From assembly GCA_963827685.1 (NCBI GenBank), contig CAWHBU010000003.1, positions 224,001 to 288,000 of the forward strand: a stretch of 64,000 nt of DNA, in the 5' to 3' direction. Made by a program: the position numbers and the translations under genes. Shown one piece after another: positions 1 to 10,592 of the stretch; the first letter of the stretch is position 1; every line of letters starts with the position of its first letter. The DNA comes from an uncultured delta proteobacterium (GTDB taxonomy: Bacteria > Desulfobacterota > BSN033 > UBA1163). The notes beneath the pieces were generated by a model that was not told the DNA's origin, did no database searches, and saw nothing but the letters and a program-made list of their open reading frames with translations.

Positions 1-946
1 GCCGATTGAACTTCTTCATATGGCTTTCATTAAGTTCTTTGACTCCTGGGAATTTAAGCTTATTGTTCCATCCCGGACCTAAAACGACATAATCACCGTC
101 TTTCCCTAACGCCTTCCCCCACGCCATCGGGTCAGGGGCACGATAAGCAAAGTAGAATTTGGGGCTGTAATCGAGTTCCTTCATCTGCTTGGTCATGGTA
201 ATCCCCTCAGGAGTAGTGGGACCGGTGAGCAATACCTCAGAACCTTCTGCCTTGGCCGCCATGATAAGGGGTGAAAAATCTTTCATCTCTCGAGGTTGGT
301 CTTTATAAAGAGGTTCTCCATAACCATGTTTGACAGATTCATCTTTCCACATATCACCCAACTCCATTCCGACAGGTGCCTTTTCCATGAAAATGGCCAC
401 CTTTTTAGGTTTCTGTGCCGCTGGAATGGAATCGAGGAGTTCAAAGACTGCCTTGGCACAGTCAGGTGATTTGGGAAAGGGAGAAAAGTTATATTTATAT
501 CCCTTCTGGTGGATGCTCCATAAATAACTAGCCACCATAAATAGGGGCACTTTATTCTTTTCGGCAATGGGAGCCTGTGCTGCATGGATGGGACTGGAAA
601 ATCCGCCCAGGTAGGCCACCACATCATAAGTGGTATAAAGGGTTTCCATCCGGCTTACCGTCAGCGTCATATTCGATTCATCATCCAGGAGAACCAGTTC
701 TAACGGAATTTTTTTCTTGAGCTCTTTAACAAAGACACCTCCCTTTTTGTTAATGTCCTCAATGGCAATCTCATATCCAGCCTTGCACATGGCCCCCCCG
801 GATCCGAAGGGACCCGTCAGGGAACACGAAGACCCGACTTTAATGGTTTTAGGAGCCTGTTTGGCTGGAGCAGCAAAGCCCCAAGAAGAAAGACCCATTA
901 CTAAAAAAATCCCTACAACTGCGATAATAGATACCTTCCTCATCAT
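1..946 (-). CDS. Branched-chain amino acid ABC transporter substrate-binding protein (LivJ/LivK family), truncated by the window edge
   Basis: Read by hand: MMRKVSIIAVVGIFLVMGLSSWGFAAPAKQAPKTIKVGSSCSLTGPFGSGGAMCKAGYEIAIEDINKKGGVFVK...; signal peptide; GGAGGAG RBS. Confidence 0.85.
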   Translation of the reverse strand, partial: MMRKVSIIAVVGIFLVMGLSSWGFAAPAKQAPKTIKVGSSCSLTGPFGSGGAMCKAGYEIAIEDINKKGGVFVKELKKKIPLELVLLDDESNMTLTVSRMETLYTTYDVVAYLGGFSSPIHAAQAPIAEKNKVPLFMVASYLWSIHQKGYKYNFSPFPKSPDCAKAVFELLDSIPAAQKPKKVAIFMEKAPVGMELGDMWKDESVKHGYGEPLYKDQPREMKDFSPLIMAAKAEGSEVLLTGPTTPEGITMTKQMKELDYSPKFYFAYRAPDPMAWGKALGKDGDYVVLGPGWNNKLKFPGVKELNESHMKKFNR

Positions 947-1309
947 ATTCTCCTCCTTTCTATCTTTTTCAACATCAATTAAATTTTTGTTCGGCAGCCT
1001 ATCCACTTTCTCTTCTCTCTGTATCTCATCCCTCCTCTGTTTGTATCCTTAAATTAAGCAAAGCATACTTTGAAATGAGAATGGAAGTCAAGCGAAAACC
1101 CCCAACCCTTCTCTAACGGACTTAGTCATGAACCGACTATTCCATTCTTGTTAAGTAAAATCGCCACTTCGAATATAGAATTTGGGCATCCCTTTCGGAC
1201 AAATGTTATAAGAAAATTCTCAGACTCAGACCTGTAACGATCTAAAAGCCCTTTCGCCTCTCTAAAAATGTTTCCCGCTGGAGGGTAGGGCTTTCGCCAG
1301 AGGGCGTAC

Positions 1310-1480
1310 TCACAAAAGAAGATCTGTTACATTGATTTCGAGCATCTTCACGGAGGCAAGAATCCGCTCGACATTCCGATCTACCGCCTGCATTCCTCCT
1401 GAAAGGACCTTCAACTCCTCGGCCGCCTTCTTAATGGCTTTAATCCGGGTATCCATTTTTTTCAACTCCTTTCGATCCAT
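1310..1480 (-). CDS. Small helical hypothetical protein (56 aa, MDRKELKKMD...)
   Basis: ORF directly downstream of the CoA ligase; G-rich RBS before the ATG at 1480. Confidence 0.6.
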   Translation of the reverse strand: MDRKELKKMDTRIKAIKKAAEELKVLSGGMQAVDRNVERILASVKMLEINVTDLLL

Positions 1481-1567
1481 TCCATCCCCCCTTAACGCCC
1501 TAAATTCCAAAGCAATTGCAATCAGCTAAAATCGATGGTGATTGACCTGTAATTTGGTGCCTCCCCT

Positions 1568-2917
1568 TTATCCGTGCTGTCTCAGGTCCTTGAACCGCTT
1601 CGCCTTCACCTCATACCGGGGTAGTGAATGATACGGGTGGACCTCGATGTTATACCCCAGGTTCGTCTTCAACCGAAGCTGGTCCTTGAGCTGACCCAGA
1701 ATCGCTTCCCGATTTCCTTCCTCGTCCGGAAAAAGTTCGATCTTGAGCGTAATATCGTCCAAATCCCCCTTCTTCGTCACCAGCACCTCGAACTCATTGC
1801 CTAGCCCCTTAACCGAACGGACCACTTCTTCTATCGCGGATGGGGCTACCAGTACGCCTTTGATCTTCGTAATATCATCCGCCCTTCCCAGTACCCCTCC
1901 GTGAATGATGCGGAATGTTCTTCCACAGGGACAGGGTTCTTTCGACCATTCCGCCACATCCTTGGAATCGAATCGAATGCATGGTTGTGCGATCCGGTCA
2001 AGGGCAGTAATCACAAGCTTCCCTTTTCGACCGGGCTCTTCGATCAACTGCCCTGTTTCCAGATCCTCCAATTCCACCAGAAACAGCGCTTCGTTTATAT
2101 GAAGACCCCCAGGCTGCTCCACGCACTCAAAACCCCACGCCCCAATCTCCGTCGCCCCCACGTGATCGTACACCTTCGCCCCCCAGACCTCCTCCATCCT
2201 TCGCTTCGTTGATGGGATGCTCGCCCCGGGCTCCCCCGCACAGGTGATCTTCCGGATCGTCAGATCCTTGGCCGGATTGATCCCCAGCTTTTTGAGCGCC
2301 GTGTCCGCCATCCCCAGCACATACGTCGGCGTCGCCATCATCGCCGTGGCCCGTAGCTCTTGAATCTTCAACAGTCGTGCCTCCGTATCCAGGACCCCGC
2401 CGGGGATGACCTCACACCCCAGTTTTTCTGCTGCATAATGACCCGCCCAAAAGGCCACAAAAATATTATACCCAAACGGGAGGAAGACCCGGTCTGTTTT
2501 CCGATAACCTTGGGCATAAAGCAGGTATGCCCATGCCTCTGACCACCACTCCCAGTCCTGCCAGGTATCCGGCTGATAGATAGGCGTCCCTGTCGTCCCA
2601 GAGGTCTGACGAAACTCGGTGACTTCCTCCAGGGGCACGCAGAGGGCATCCCCGTACGGAAAGGGATCTTTCCTCTGGATATCCCTCATCATCGATTTCT
2701 CCACCTTCGGGACCTTGGCCACATCCTCATAGGTCTTGATATCTCCGGGCTTAAGACCCGCCTGCTGATAGAGCTTCCGGTGAAACCTCGACCTCTCGTA
2801 AGCCCATTCCAGAATCCTTTTGAACTTCTTGACCTGAAGGGCTCGCAACTTCTCCTGTGGCAGTGTCTCCACAACAGGATTCCAGTACCTTGCCGTCTCT
2901 TCAGGGAAGGTCTTCAT
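1568..2917 (-). CDS. paaK: Phenylacetate--CoA ligase family protein
   Basis: TSGTTG P-loop, AGEPG, YDHVGATE, GRADD motifs; substrate uncertain. Confidence 0.85.
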   Translation of the reverse strand: MKTFPEETARYWNPVVETLPQEKLRALQVKKFKRILEWAYERSRFHRKLYQQAGLKPGDIKTYEDVAKVPKVEKSMMRDIQRKDPFPYGDALCVPLEEVTEFRQTSGTTGTPIYQPDTWQDWEWWSEAWAYLLYAQGYRKTDRVFLPFGYNIFVAFWAGHYAAEKLGCEVIPGGVLDTEARLLKIQELRATAMMATPTYVLGMADTALKKLGINPAKDLTIRKITCAGEPGASIPSTKRRMEEVWGAKVYDHVGATEIGAWGFECVEQPGGLHINEALFLVELEDLETGQLIEEPGRKGKLVITALDRIAQPCIRFDSKDVAEWSKEPCPCGRTFRIIHGGVLGRADDITKIKGVLVAPSAIEEVVRSVKGLGNEFEVLVTKKGDLDDITLKIELFPDEEGNREAILGQLKDQLRLKTNLGYNIEVHPYHSLPRYEVKAKRFKDLRQHG

Positions 2918-3020
2918 CTTGTCCCCTATTGATCGTATGACTTTTCTGATGGCTATTGAAGATGTTGAATGCCTGGTTCAGCCCCGTGAACAGACAGCTG
3001 TTTTAATAATTTTCTTAGCA

Positions 3021-3048
3021 AGTATACTGAGAACAAAAATTTTGTCAA
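3021..3048 (-). promoter_or_regulatory. Putative sigma70 promoter for the CoA ligase gene
   Basis: TTGACA-N16-TATACT on the minus strand. Confidence 0.5.
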
Positions 3049-3099
3049 GAAAAATCGGTGGGCAACATTCTAAAGAAGAATCAACGGGATAGAAAAAAT

Positions 3100-4161
3100 T
3101 TATTTGAAAACTGAAGAAGCAATAGCATCAACTCCCAATCGCTTTAACGCTTCACTATGCTGTTCTAAAGAGAATTTAATCCCTGCTATCAATTTCAAGG
3201 AGACCATCTTATTCTTTGGAAGTTCCTTCTCAAGAAGAAGCAGTGTGGTACTCAAACATTCCAAAATACCCTTCGTAAACTCTTTCTGCCCCGCTGTCCC
3301 TGAAAAGTGAATCACCCCATCCTTATATTCAAATTCACCGATAAATGGATCGAGGAAGGCGAATTCTTCTGATTTCTCTATGAGAGACTCCTTAAATACT
3401 TTATGGAATAGCCCTCTCCTTCTTGAGGCTTCATCCACCAACTTTTCTGCTTTGGAGAGGATATCTTGGAAAATCGGGATGAGTTCTTTCAGGTCACCTT
3501 CTCGCGGTGTCACTTTGACCTCTTTTATTTCCTCCTTTATTTCCTTTTTTATTTCTCTTCTCACAATTTTGGCCTGACTCCTGTAGACATCAAAAATGGC
3601 TCCTTGCTTGACGGCGTTTTCCACAAATATGGGGATTGACTTTCTACCAAAAACAGAAGGGCCGGATTCCGGAATGGTGAACATCTCAACAGGTTCTCCC
3701 CCTTCAACAAAGAGAACCCCCAAAATCTTTTTCTCTTTTGTCAGAACCTCGATGAAACCGTCATGCTTATCCTCCTTTAACTTTAAGAGGAGGCGGTCCA
3801 ATCGAGTAAAATCTGTAGATAATTCTTTAAAAAGAACTTCGTGTTGAAGATGGTTGGCGATGAGTGCCACCTGTTCGGGTAGAAATCGGTACACATTGAG
3901 GACCCCATTCTTTTGATTCGAGAAACTCAAAAAAGCTTGGATAGCTTCCTGTCCGATCATCCTTTCTGCGGTACTCTTTTCTTTTATCTCCGCGTTAAGA
4001 ATCTCTCCCGAATCAATGAAAATGGCCCCTTTCTTTTCGGGAAATTCAATTTCAACGATACCGCTGAAGCCCTCTGATTTGAGAGCGGACAAAAGGGCGG
4101 AAAGATCGGTATAGGCCGTTAATAAATTTTGGTGTTTAACTTCACCTTTTGGAAGGATCAT
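3100..4161 (-). CDS. Hypothetical protein with two tandem DUF4388/DUF2226-like domains and a C-terminal helical domain
   Basis: Internal repeat: 'LTAYTDLSALLSALKSEGFSGIVEI..GAIFIDSGE' vs 'LSTDFTRLDRLLLKLKEDKHDGFIEV..GVLFVEGGE'. Confidence 0.6.
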   Translation of the reverse strand: MILPKGEVKHQNLLTAYTDLSALLSALKSEGFSGIVEIEFPEKKGAIFIDSGEILNAEIKEKSTAERMIGQEAIQAFLSFSNQKNGVLNVYRFLPEQVALIANHLQHEVLFKELSTDFTRLDRLLLKLKEDKHDGFIEVLTKEKKILGVLFVEGGEPVEMFTIPESGPSVFGRKSIPIFVENAVKQGAIFDVYRSQAKIVRREIKKEIKEEIKEVKVTPREGDLKELIPIFQDILSKAEKLVDEASRRRGLFHKVFKESLIEKSEEFAFLDPFIGEFEYKDGVIHFSGTAGQKEFTKGILECLSTTLLLLEKELPKNKMVSLKLIAGIKFSLEQHSEALKRLGVDAIASSVFK

Positions 4162-4304
4162 GGCTTTCCCCTCTTTCTCTTTTTTTAACTCAGAAATCCC
4201 ATCTATCTCAGGAAAAAAGCGTTGATTTAACCTTTTGAGAGATAGGGAGCAATCTCGCTCTTATGTTCTCCTTTGGACAAGTCGTCCTCGATGCCAATCC
4301 TCTA

Positions 4305-5096
4305 TTACTTTCCAGAGGGAAGGAACTGCATCATCACCCTGATGAACTCCTTCTTCTGCAAATCACGAGGAATCTCCTCACCCAGCGCTTCAATAAAGGA
4401 TAGTGCCTGATCTTGGGGAAACGAAGCCCTGGTGTTTCCAAATTCATCCAGTTTATCATCAATGATGATAGAAGCCACCGGTCCCACTGCCTGTTTTAAT
4501 TCATTTTCCACCTTTAGAAAAAAGTTCTCACCGACCAACTTCTTTTCAATAGGTTTTTGACCTTCCACCCGCATCAATAATCCTAATTGGACAAGTTGGA
4601 AGATTGTCTTAGATGTTTTGAATTCATCCCAGTTGAGCATTCCAGCAATTTCTGAGACGGTTTTCGTCCCATTGCATAGGGCTACCACATTCCATTGCTC
4701 AGCATTGATATTCTTATTCTCTGGATTCTTCTGCATGGATAGGTGAAAAATCGTATTGGGAGAGGGAATTGACTCTTTAATCTTATCCCACTCCTGTTTT
4801 CGGTAAGACCAATTCAAAAGGAGTTGTTCGGTTGAAATGGAGATGGTTCTTTCTAAAGGAACTTCATCCGGTTCAAACGAAGCCCTTCCAACTTTTAATC
4901 CCATAAGGGTGAAGAAAGCATATTCTCCAACAGCATCATTCGTCTTTGCATGGGTGATATTCCCGAGCTCTAAATACAATTCTCCATCCTCTTTCCCCTT
5001 GAACATAATCTTTCCGGTCTTTTTACCACTAAAAAGGGGTTTAAGAATGTCAAAGAGTTTAACATGTGTAAGATCACCGAGAAATATTTCAGGCAT
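4305..5096 (-). CDS. DUF4388 (PatA_N-like) domain protein with winged-helix and C-terminal helical domain
   Basis: 'GDLTHVKLFDILKPL..KKTG....GELYLELGNITHA....GEYAFFTL....GRASF'; wHTH-like 'GTKTVSEIA...FQLVQLGLL'. Confidence 0.75.
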   Translation of the reverse strand: MPEIFLGDLTHVKLFDILKPLFSGKKTGKIMFKGKEDGELYLELGNITHAKTNDAVGEYAFFTLMGLKVGRASFEPDEVPLERTISISTEQLLLNWSYRKQEWDKIKESIPSPNTIFHLSMQKNPENKNINAEQWNVVALCNGTKTVSEIAGMLNWDEFKTSKTIFQLVQLGLLMRVEGQKPIEKKLVGENFFLKVENELKQAVGPVASIIIDDKLDEFGNTRASFPQDQALSFIEALGEEIPRDLQKKEFIRVMMQFLPSGK

Positions 5097-5223
5097 AGAA
5101 TCGCTCTAAAACTTTCTCTCTGGGATTAAGGACCCCCTCCACCCTTATCACAAAGGACGCATTTCTTCGTATAGAAGAAAGCTTATTCAGTAAATCATCA
5201 ATCCCTTAACTTCCGATATCTAT

Positions 5224-6342
5224 TTAAGTTCCCCTTCTCCGCAGCCTCTCGATGGATAAACGAATACTATCCTGCATACGGGAGATGGCGTCGGCCAAAT
5301 CTCCTATTTCATCCTTTGATGTGATTCCTACTTCTGCTTTCAATTCACCTAAGCTGATACGGTATGCTATGTCGGTCAGAGATTTGATTCTCCTCGTTAG
5401 TCTTTGGACATACAGTAACATGATGATACCGATAAGTAAGAGGGTACCCCCAAAAACCCCAACTACGATATTTCTCGTATCAAAAATCAGATTTTTTATA
5501 CGATTTCCAAGTATATTTACTGACAACATGAAATCATCTGTATTGGCAGTAGCCAGAATGCCGTAAGGCGTTTGTGCCACCGGCGAACAGGCTAATATTT
5601 TTTCCTTTAAAATACCGTTTTCATCCTTCGAGAGATAGAAATCGGATGCCACCCGATTCTCTCCGGTTGGTCCGATCGGCGTGATTTTCCCAAATTCGTC
5701 ATATTTATCCTTGCCCAATACGCCCTTGACCATAAGGCTGTTCAAGGATTGACCCTCTAAATCTTTGTTGCGGTTTATTAAGAAAGTACCTAAGGCCTCT
5801 TGCGTCTCAGGATCGTATCTGAGGTACATACTTGCCTCACCGGAGAACGACACCCGCTGAAAGATTATCTTTTTTAATGCGGGATCATTTTGTAAATCCT
5901 CTCTCTCCAATTCTGGGTGGCCTAAAAGATAAACTTCAACCTGATTGGCAATTGAGCTTGCCATTTGGTTCATATCATTCTTGGCCTTTTCAATGGCCGA
6001 TTGGACCGCCTCGTTGACGATGCTGTCGTTGGCTTTATTGATGTATCCGATGGTAAACGGCACAGCAAAAGCCAACATACAGATAGGAATAATAAAGAGA
6101 ATGAGGAATATTTTTCCCCTTAAACCAAGCCTTTTCTTCTTTAAACCAACCCCCTCCGATTTGGGGATGGAGACTTCTTCTTCGTCGATCTTTGGAAGAG
6201 ATGGGTTCAGAGTCTTAATTTTAGGTTTCGAAACCGTCATTATATTGTTGCAAGACGGACATTTAAACCTGGCCACCTCTCCTTCAATTTTTTCAGGGTC
6301 TATCTCGATTTTTTTTCGGCATTTCTCGCATATAGCTATCAT
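5224..6342 (-). CDS. Zinc-ribbon + TM + Cache-like + TM + HAMP membrane protein without an output domain
   Basis: CxxC-x19-CxxC N-terminus; two hydrophobic segments; C-terminal HAMP 'SKDEIGDLADAISRM' followed by a stop. Confidence 0.75.
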   Translation of the reverse strand: MIAICEKCRKKIEIDPEKIEGEVARFKCPSCNNIMTVSKPKIKTLNPSLPKIDEEEVSIPKSEGVGLKKKRLGLRGKIFLILFIIPICMLAFAVPFTIGYINKANDSIVNEAVQSAIEKAKNDMNQMASSIANQVEVYLLGHPELEREDLQNDPALKKIIFQRVSFSGEASMYLRYDPETQEALGTFLINRNKDLEGQSLNSLMVKGVLGKDKYDEFGKITPIGPTGENRVASDFYLSKDENGILKEKILACSPVAQTPYGILATANTDDFMLSVNILGNRIKNLIFDTRNIVVGVFGGTLLLIGIIMLLYVQRLTRRIKSLTDIAYRISLGELKAEVGITSKDEIGDLADAISRMQDSIRLSIERLRRRGT

Positions 6343-6457
6343 AATTTTATCTCCCCTAATATTTTATTTTCTTAGATATTTCAACTGCAATGCCTCTTTT
6401 TCGCATGTCATAATTCAATAAATCATAATTCAATAAATCTATTTCGATTAATATTTG

Positions 6458-6474
6458 AGCAATTTCAGTGCCAA
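6458..6474 (-). promoter_or_regulatory. Sigma54 (-24/-12) promoter
   Basis: TTGGCACTGAAATTGCT, with correct GG-N10-GC spacing, about 115 bp upstream of the ORF at 6342. Confidence 0.7.
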
Positions 6475-6804
6475 AAATAACTTATCTGTATAATTATCTG
6501 ATTTTTAAGGATTTTTTGAAATATTGACAATTAGAGGAAAATGACAAATTTGACCTTTTTCGTCTAAATGGATCAAAAATTACCAGCCATTGAGAAAGTC
6601 CTTGCTTTTGGATGTCAGTCCCTGACTAATTTTTTTCCTTTTTTTTAACGATTCGGTTCCCGGAGCCTTATTGCGGTCCGGTTAGAAATAGCAGATCTAT
6701 GGATAATGCCGAAAAAACTGCACCTTTATGCATATTTATGCCAAGTGATTTATATATATGTTTTTTTCAAAAGTCAAGATAAATTTTAGAAAAATTTTGT
6801 GAAA

Positions 6805-7491
6805 TTAAGGAGTTATGACACAGAGGCTATCTATCATTCCCAGGAATGTCTTTTTGAAGACTTCATAAACTCTTTTTTCACTCCCTGAAATGGACTCCCT
6901 CTCCCACTCATTCCCTTTATCAGAGACCTTCATACCAAAAGAATTAGCATCCTTCGAATATCGGATGGAAACAGCACTCTCGCCCTGATAGAGGAATAGA
7001 AATTGTCCTTGAAGAGCCCAAAGGGAGGAAATGACAAGCCCTTTCTTCACGATGGGTTGAAGGGATGGAGCGTCAGGGTTCCATGCCATTAATTGAATTA
7101 AATAATCTACTTCCAATTCTCCCTTCTTCACCTTCCCTTTTGAATACAATCTTTTGTCTGTATAGGGTCTCAGGGGCGCTGCAGTCATTGGCCCGGCCTG
7201 AGGGTTAGTCTTATCTGCGATCTGAAGGATGAGCATCTCCTCAACCTGTTTCTCCTTAGTTTTAACAAGAAAATAGACACGGGTGAGCGAACTCTCTCTT
7301 GGATTTTCATGTGAAATAGAATATACGAGATTAAGTTCAGAAGGTAATGTTAAGGTAAAAAGCGGTTTCTGGGAGACTAATTTCATCCCTTGAACCTCTA
7401 AGTCCTTTTGGGCAGCACTGGCAAGGACCCCTGTGGCTAGGATTAAACAGAATAATGCAACAATAATTTTTCTCATTGTTTGTTCTTCCAT
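6805..7491 (-). CDS. Exported hypothetical protein
   Basis: Signal peptide MRKIIVALFCLILATGVLASA; 228-aa ORF. Confidence 0.65.
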   Translation of the reverse strand: MEEQTMRKIIVALFCLILATGVLASAAQKDLEVQGMKLVSQKPLFTLTLPSELNLVYSISHENPRESSLTRVYFLVKTKEKQVEEMLILQIADKTNPQAGPMTAAPLRPYTDKRLYSKGKVKKGELEVDYLIQLMAWNPDAPSLQPIVKKGLVISSLWALQGQFLFLYQGESAVSIRYSKDANSFGMKVSDKGNEWERESISGSEKRVYEVFKKTFLGMIDSLCVITP

Positions 7492-7557
7492 GGGAATGGG
7501 GGTTAGAGATTAGGATTCAGTAAATCCCAAAAATCCAATCCCCAACCCCGTGAGAAA

Positions 7558-8556
7558 TTACTTCTTTTTTGTGAGCAACTCTTTCAACTTGGGTCCTGTG
7601 GCAGGACATTTCCCCAGCACATCTTTCCAGCCTTCGTCGTATGCCACTTTGAGGAACTTCTCACTTTCAGCCGGAGGCAGGGTGTTAACCTGGATCCCTT
7701 CCTTGAGAAGTATAGGCCGCTCCTGTTTTGCAAGGTCATCAAAAAGAGCAACAACCTTTTTTTCAGCTTCCGCGGCTGCTTCCGTCAAAAGATTCTGAAG
7801 CTTCTTGGGGAGCTTGTTCCATGCGTTTAGGTTCATAAGAAGGGGGTTTGGCACTTGGTAAAAACCCGGATCAACAACATATTTTGTCTGCTTATCCCAG
7901 CCCCAATCACGAGTCCCAACCGATGGCCAGCAATAACCGTCGACAACGTTCCTTTCGAGAGCGGAATATACTTCCGTGGGTGGTATTGCAACAGGATTCC
8001 CGCCAAGCCCCTTTATCACTTGCAGGTACATGGGGGACACACGAATGTTGAATCCCTTGAGGTCTGCGGTCTTGATGGGTTTTTCAAGGTAGAGATGGAA
8101 TTGTATGCCCAGACCGAGTCTTGCCAGGTAATAGAGCCCGATCTTCTCGTGGAGTTGATTGATATAGGCCCAGGCACCTTTTGCTCTTTCTTCGGCAGGT
8201 GTCAAGACAGACAGCTTGAGGGCATCCACATCAGGTAAGACCGATACGTAGTAGGCATTGGTGGTGAAAACCATATCGACCATGCCACGCTGACAGGCCT
8301 GGACCTGATCCATCGTTTTGACCGCTTCCGGTCCCCCGATGTATTGAATCTTCAGTTCCCCGGGATATTTCTTTGCAACCATCTGTTCCACCAGGTCCGT
8401 GAAGATTGTAAAGGCTTTGTACTCACTGGCTGTCTTGGGCCATCCGGTAACTGCCTTCAGGGTAACTGTTTCCGCTTTAACCGGCCCGCTCACAAAACCA
8501 CAAACCAGGAACGCGAATAAAACTGCACAAAATAGAACTGGTAATCTCTTTCCCAT
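7558..8556 (-). CDS. dctP: TRAP transporter substrate-binding protein DctP
   Basis: Signal peptide; 'DLKGFNIRV', 'EVYSALERNVVDG'; adjacent to dctQM. Confidence 0.9.
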   Translation of the reverse strand: MGKRLPVLFCAVLFAFLVCGFVSGPVKAETVTLKAVTGWPKTASEYKAFTIFTDLVEQMVAKKYPGELKIQYIGGPEAVKTMDQVQACQRGMVDMVFTTNAYYVSVLPDVDALKLSVLTPAEERAKGAWAYINQLHEKIGLYYLARLGLGIQFHLYLEKPIKTADLKGFNIRVSPMYLQVIKGLGGNPVAIPPTEVYSALERNVVDGYCWPSVGTRDWGWDKQTKYVVDPGFYQVPNPLLMNLNAWNKLPKKLQNLLTEAAAEAEKKVVALFDDLAKQERPILLKEGIQVNTLPPAESEKFLKVAYDEGWKDVLGKCPATGPKLKELLTKKK

Positions 8557-8714
8557 AGCAGACCCTCCTTCTCTTATATTATTTGCATTCAGCGGATTGT
8601 GCATAGCGTTTAGCGGACGGTAAACAATCTTTGGTCCTTTGTCTACGCTTCATGCTAAAACACTTCACGCTGTTCATGCCTGTCCTCCATACTACCATAA
8701 ATCCCGCTCCGGTT

Positions 8715-10037
8715 CTAATGCACCATTCCCATAAGATTTGGCACAACCGTTGCTATTTTCGGCATTGCCATCACAAAGGCGATGCATAGGACATCTACGA
8801 TGACATAGGGAGTTACCGCCTTCCAGATATCACCCATCGTTACATCAGGAGGAGCTACGCCTTTCATCACAAAGAGCGTGACACCGAAAGGAGGGGTTAT
8901 CAGGCCGGTCTCGAGGGCGATAAGCATCATCACGCCGAACCAGATTTTGTTAAACCCGAAGGCATTGACGACGGGCATGTATATCGGTATGGTGATCATC
9001 ATAATGGCAACGGTTTCCATGAAACAGCCCATAATAAGAACGACGACCAGCATACCGATGAGTATTACTATCGGCGATATGGCGAGGTTGCTAATAAAGT
9101 TCGTCATTCCTGCCGCCGCACCGGTAAAGGCTAATATCTCACCGTATGTGGTTGAGACAATAATAATCATGAATATCATTACCGTGACTTTGACGGTACT
9201 GTAAACCGACTTCTTGATAATTTCCCAATTTAAACGCCTGTAAAGAACGGCTAGGACAAATGCTCCGAATGTTCCTGCTGCGGCCGATTCCGTAGGAGTT
9301 GCGACACCAAGAAATATGAGACCTATGACCAGAAAGATGATGAAGCCGAGGGGTACCAGGTCTCGTAAGGTAACCCGCAGCTTTTCTTTCAAAGGGACTT
9401 TCGGCACAATATACATAGGTGCTTCTTCAGGTCTGATACGCAGCCATAGTACGACGTAGATGAAGTAGAGAGCAGACATCATGATACCCGCCGGTATGCC
9501 GGCCATGAGAAGTTGTCCGACATCGATATTGGCAAGACTTGCGAGGACCACGGTAAGTGCATTGGGAGGGATAAGCGCATCGACCGTACCTACGCCCATG
9601 AGTGGCCCGAGACTCATGTTCTTGCTGTAGCCTTTTTCCAGCATTTGAGGGAGCAGGATGGTGCCGAGGAGGGCGCATGTCGCAATCGTGGAGCCGCTCA
9701 AAGCCCCGATGATAACACCCATAATAATAGCCAGAAGAGACAGCCTTCCCCGGAGGTTGCCAAGCCATTTATCAAGCACATTCACTGCATTAAGCCCAAG
9801 GCCTGAATGGAATATCAATTCACCCATAAGGATGAAAAAGGGCACGGGGAGAAGGGTAAAGGTTGTAATGGACGTAAAAGCTCCTGTTGCTACCCCGACA
9901 AGGCCCGGTAGCCCTCCCAGAAAATAATATGCCGCAATTAAATTGACAACCAGAAAAGCAAAGGCAATAGGTAGGTTGGTGAGCAATAGGAAAACCATAC
10001 CGCCAAAAAGCAACGAAATAATCAGCCACCATTCCAT
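8715..10037 (-). CDS. dctM: TRAP transporter large permease DctM
   Basis: 'ATPTESAA', 'GLITPPFGVTLF' motifs; multi-TM. Confidence 0.92.
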   Translation of the reverse strand: MEWWLIISLLFGGMVFLLLTNLPIAFAFLVVNLIAAYYFLGGLPGLVGVATGAFTSITTFTLLPVPFFILMGELIFHSGLGLNAVNVLDKWLGNLRGRLSLLAIIMGVIIGALSGSTIATCALLGTILLPQMLEKGYSKNMSLGPLMGVGTVDALIPPNALTVVLASLANIDVGQLLMAGIPAGIMMSALYFIYVVLWLRIRPEEAPMYIVPKVPLKEKLRVTLRDLVPLGFIIFLVIGLIFLGVATPTESAAAGTFGAFVLAVLYRRLNWEIIKKSVYSTVKVTVMIFMIIIVSTTYGEILAFTGAAAGMTNFISNLAISPIVILIGMLVVVLIMGCFMETVAIMMITIPIYMPVVNAFGFNKIWFGVMMLIALETGLITPPFGVTLFVMKGVAPPDVTMGDIWKAVTPYVIVDVLCIAFVMAMPKIATVVPNLMGMVH

Positions 10038-10040
10038 GAG

Positions 10041-10535
10041 TTACCTCCCTGTCCTTATATCGATAAGTTTGCTCCACGCTATCCTGAAGAACTGGATCGT
10101 AAGAAAGATGCTGCCTATGGGGATGATAATAAAAACAGCCGACTTGGGGACAGTCATTGCCCTTACATCGGTTACCCCATGTATAATACAGTCACAAATA
10201 TGGATAACTCCAAGATAAAACAACATGAAACAGGCAATCCCACCGATAACGGACATGATAAAATCGAGATAACGCTTGGTCTTCTCATTGAGATGAACAT
10301 ATATGACATCGGTGGTGATATGTCCTCCTTCTCTCAAGAGCCAGGTTGTTCCAAGGAAGACTATCCACAAAAGGGCATATTCGCTCATCGGTACGATCCA
10401 TATGGTTGTCTGTCTAAATACGAATCGCATGAAAATGGTATAGCACATAGCGGCCGATATAAAGACCAGCAATACTCCGGCCGAGGCTGCCATTAAGTCT
10501 GAAAGCTTATCAAAAAACCTCCAGAATCCTTTCAT
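10041..10535 (-). CDS. dctQ: TRAP transporter small permease DctQ
   Basis: 4 TM; 'GGHITTD' motif. Confidence 0.88.
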   Translation of the reverse strand: MKGFWRFFDKLSDLMAASAGVLLVFISAAMCYTIFMRFVFRQTTIWIVPMSEYALLWIVFLGTTWLLREGGHITTDVIYVHLNEKTKRYLDFIMSVIGGIACFMLFYLGVIHICDCIIHGVTDVRAMTVPKSAVFIIIPIGSIFLTIQFFRIAWSKLIDIRTGR

Positions 10536-10592
10536 TGAACGTCCTCCTTTCTCAAAAGCCTTTTCCATTCTCGTTCGTCTTTGTTGAGTTTA

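Noticed and set aside
6728-6744. Second sigma54-like motif TTGGCATAAATATGCAT
   Set aside because: GG-to-GC spacing is 9 rather than 10
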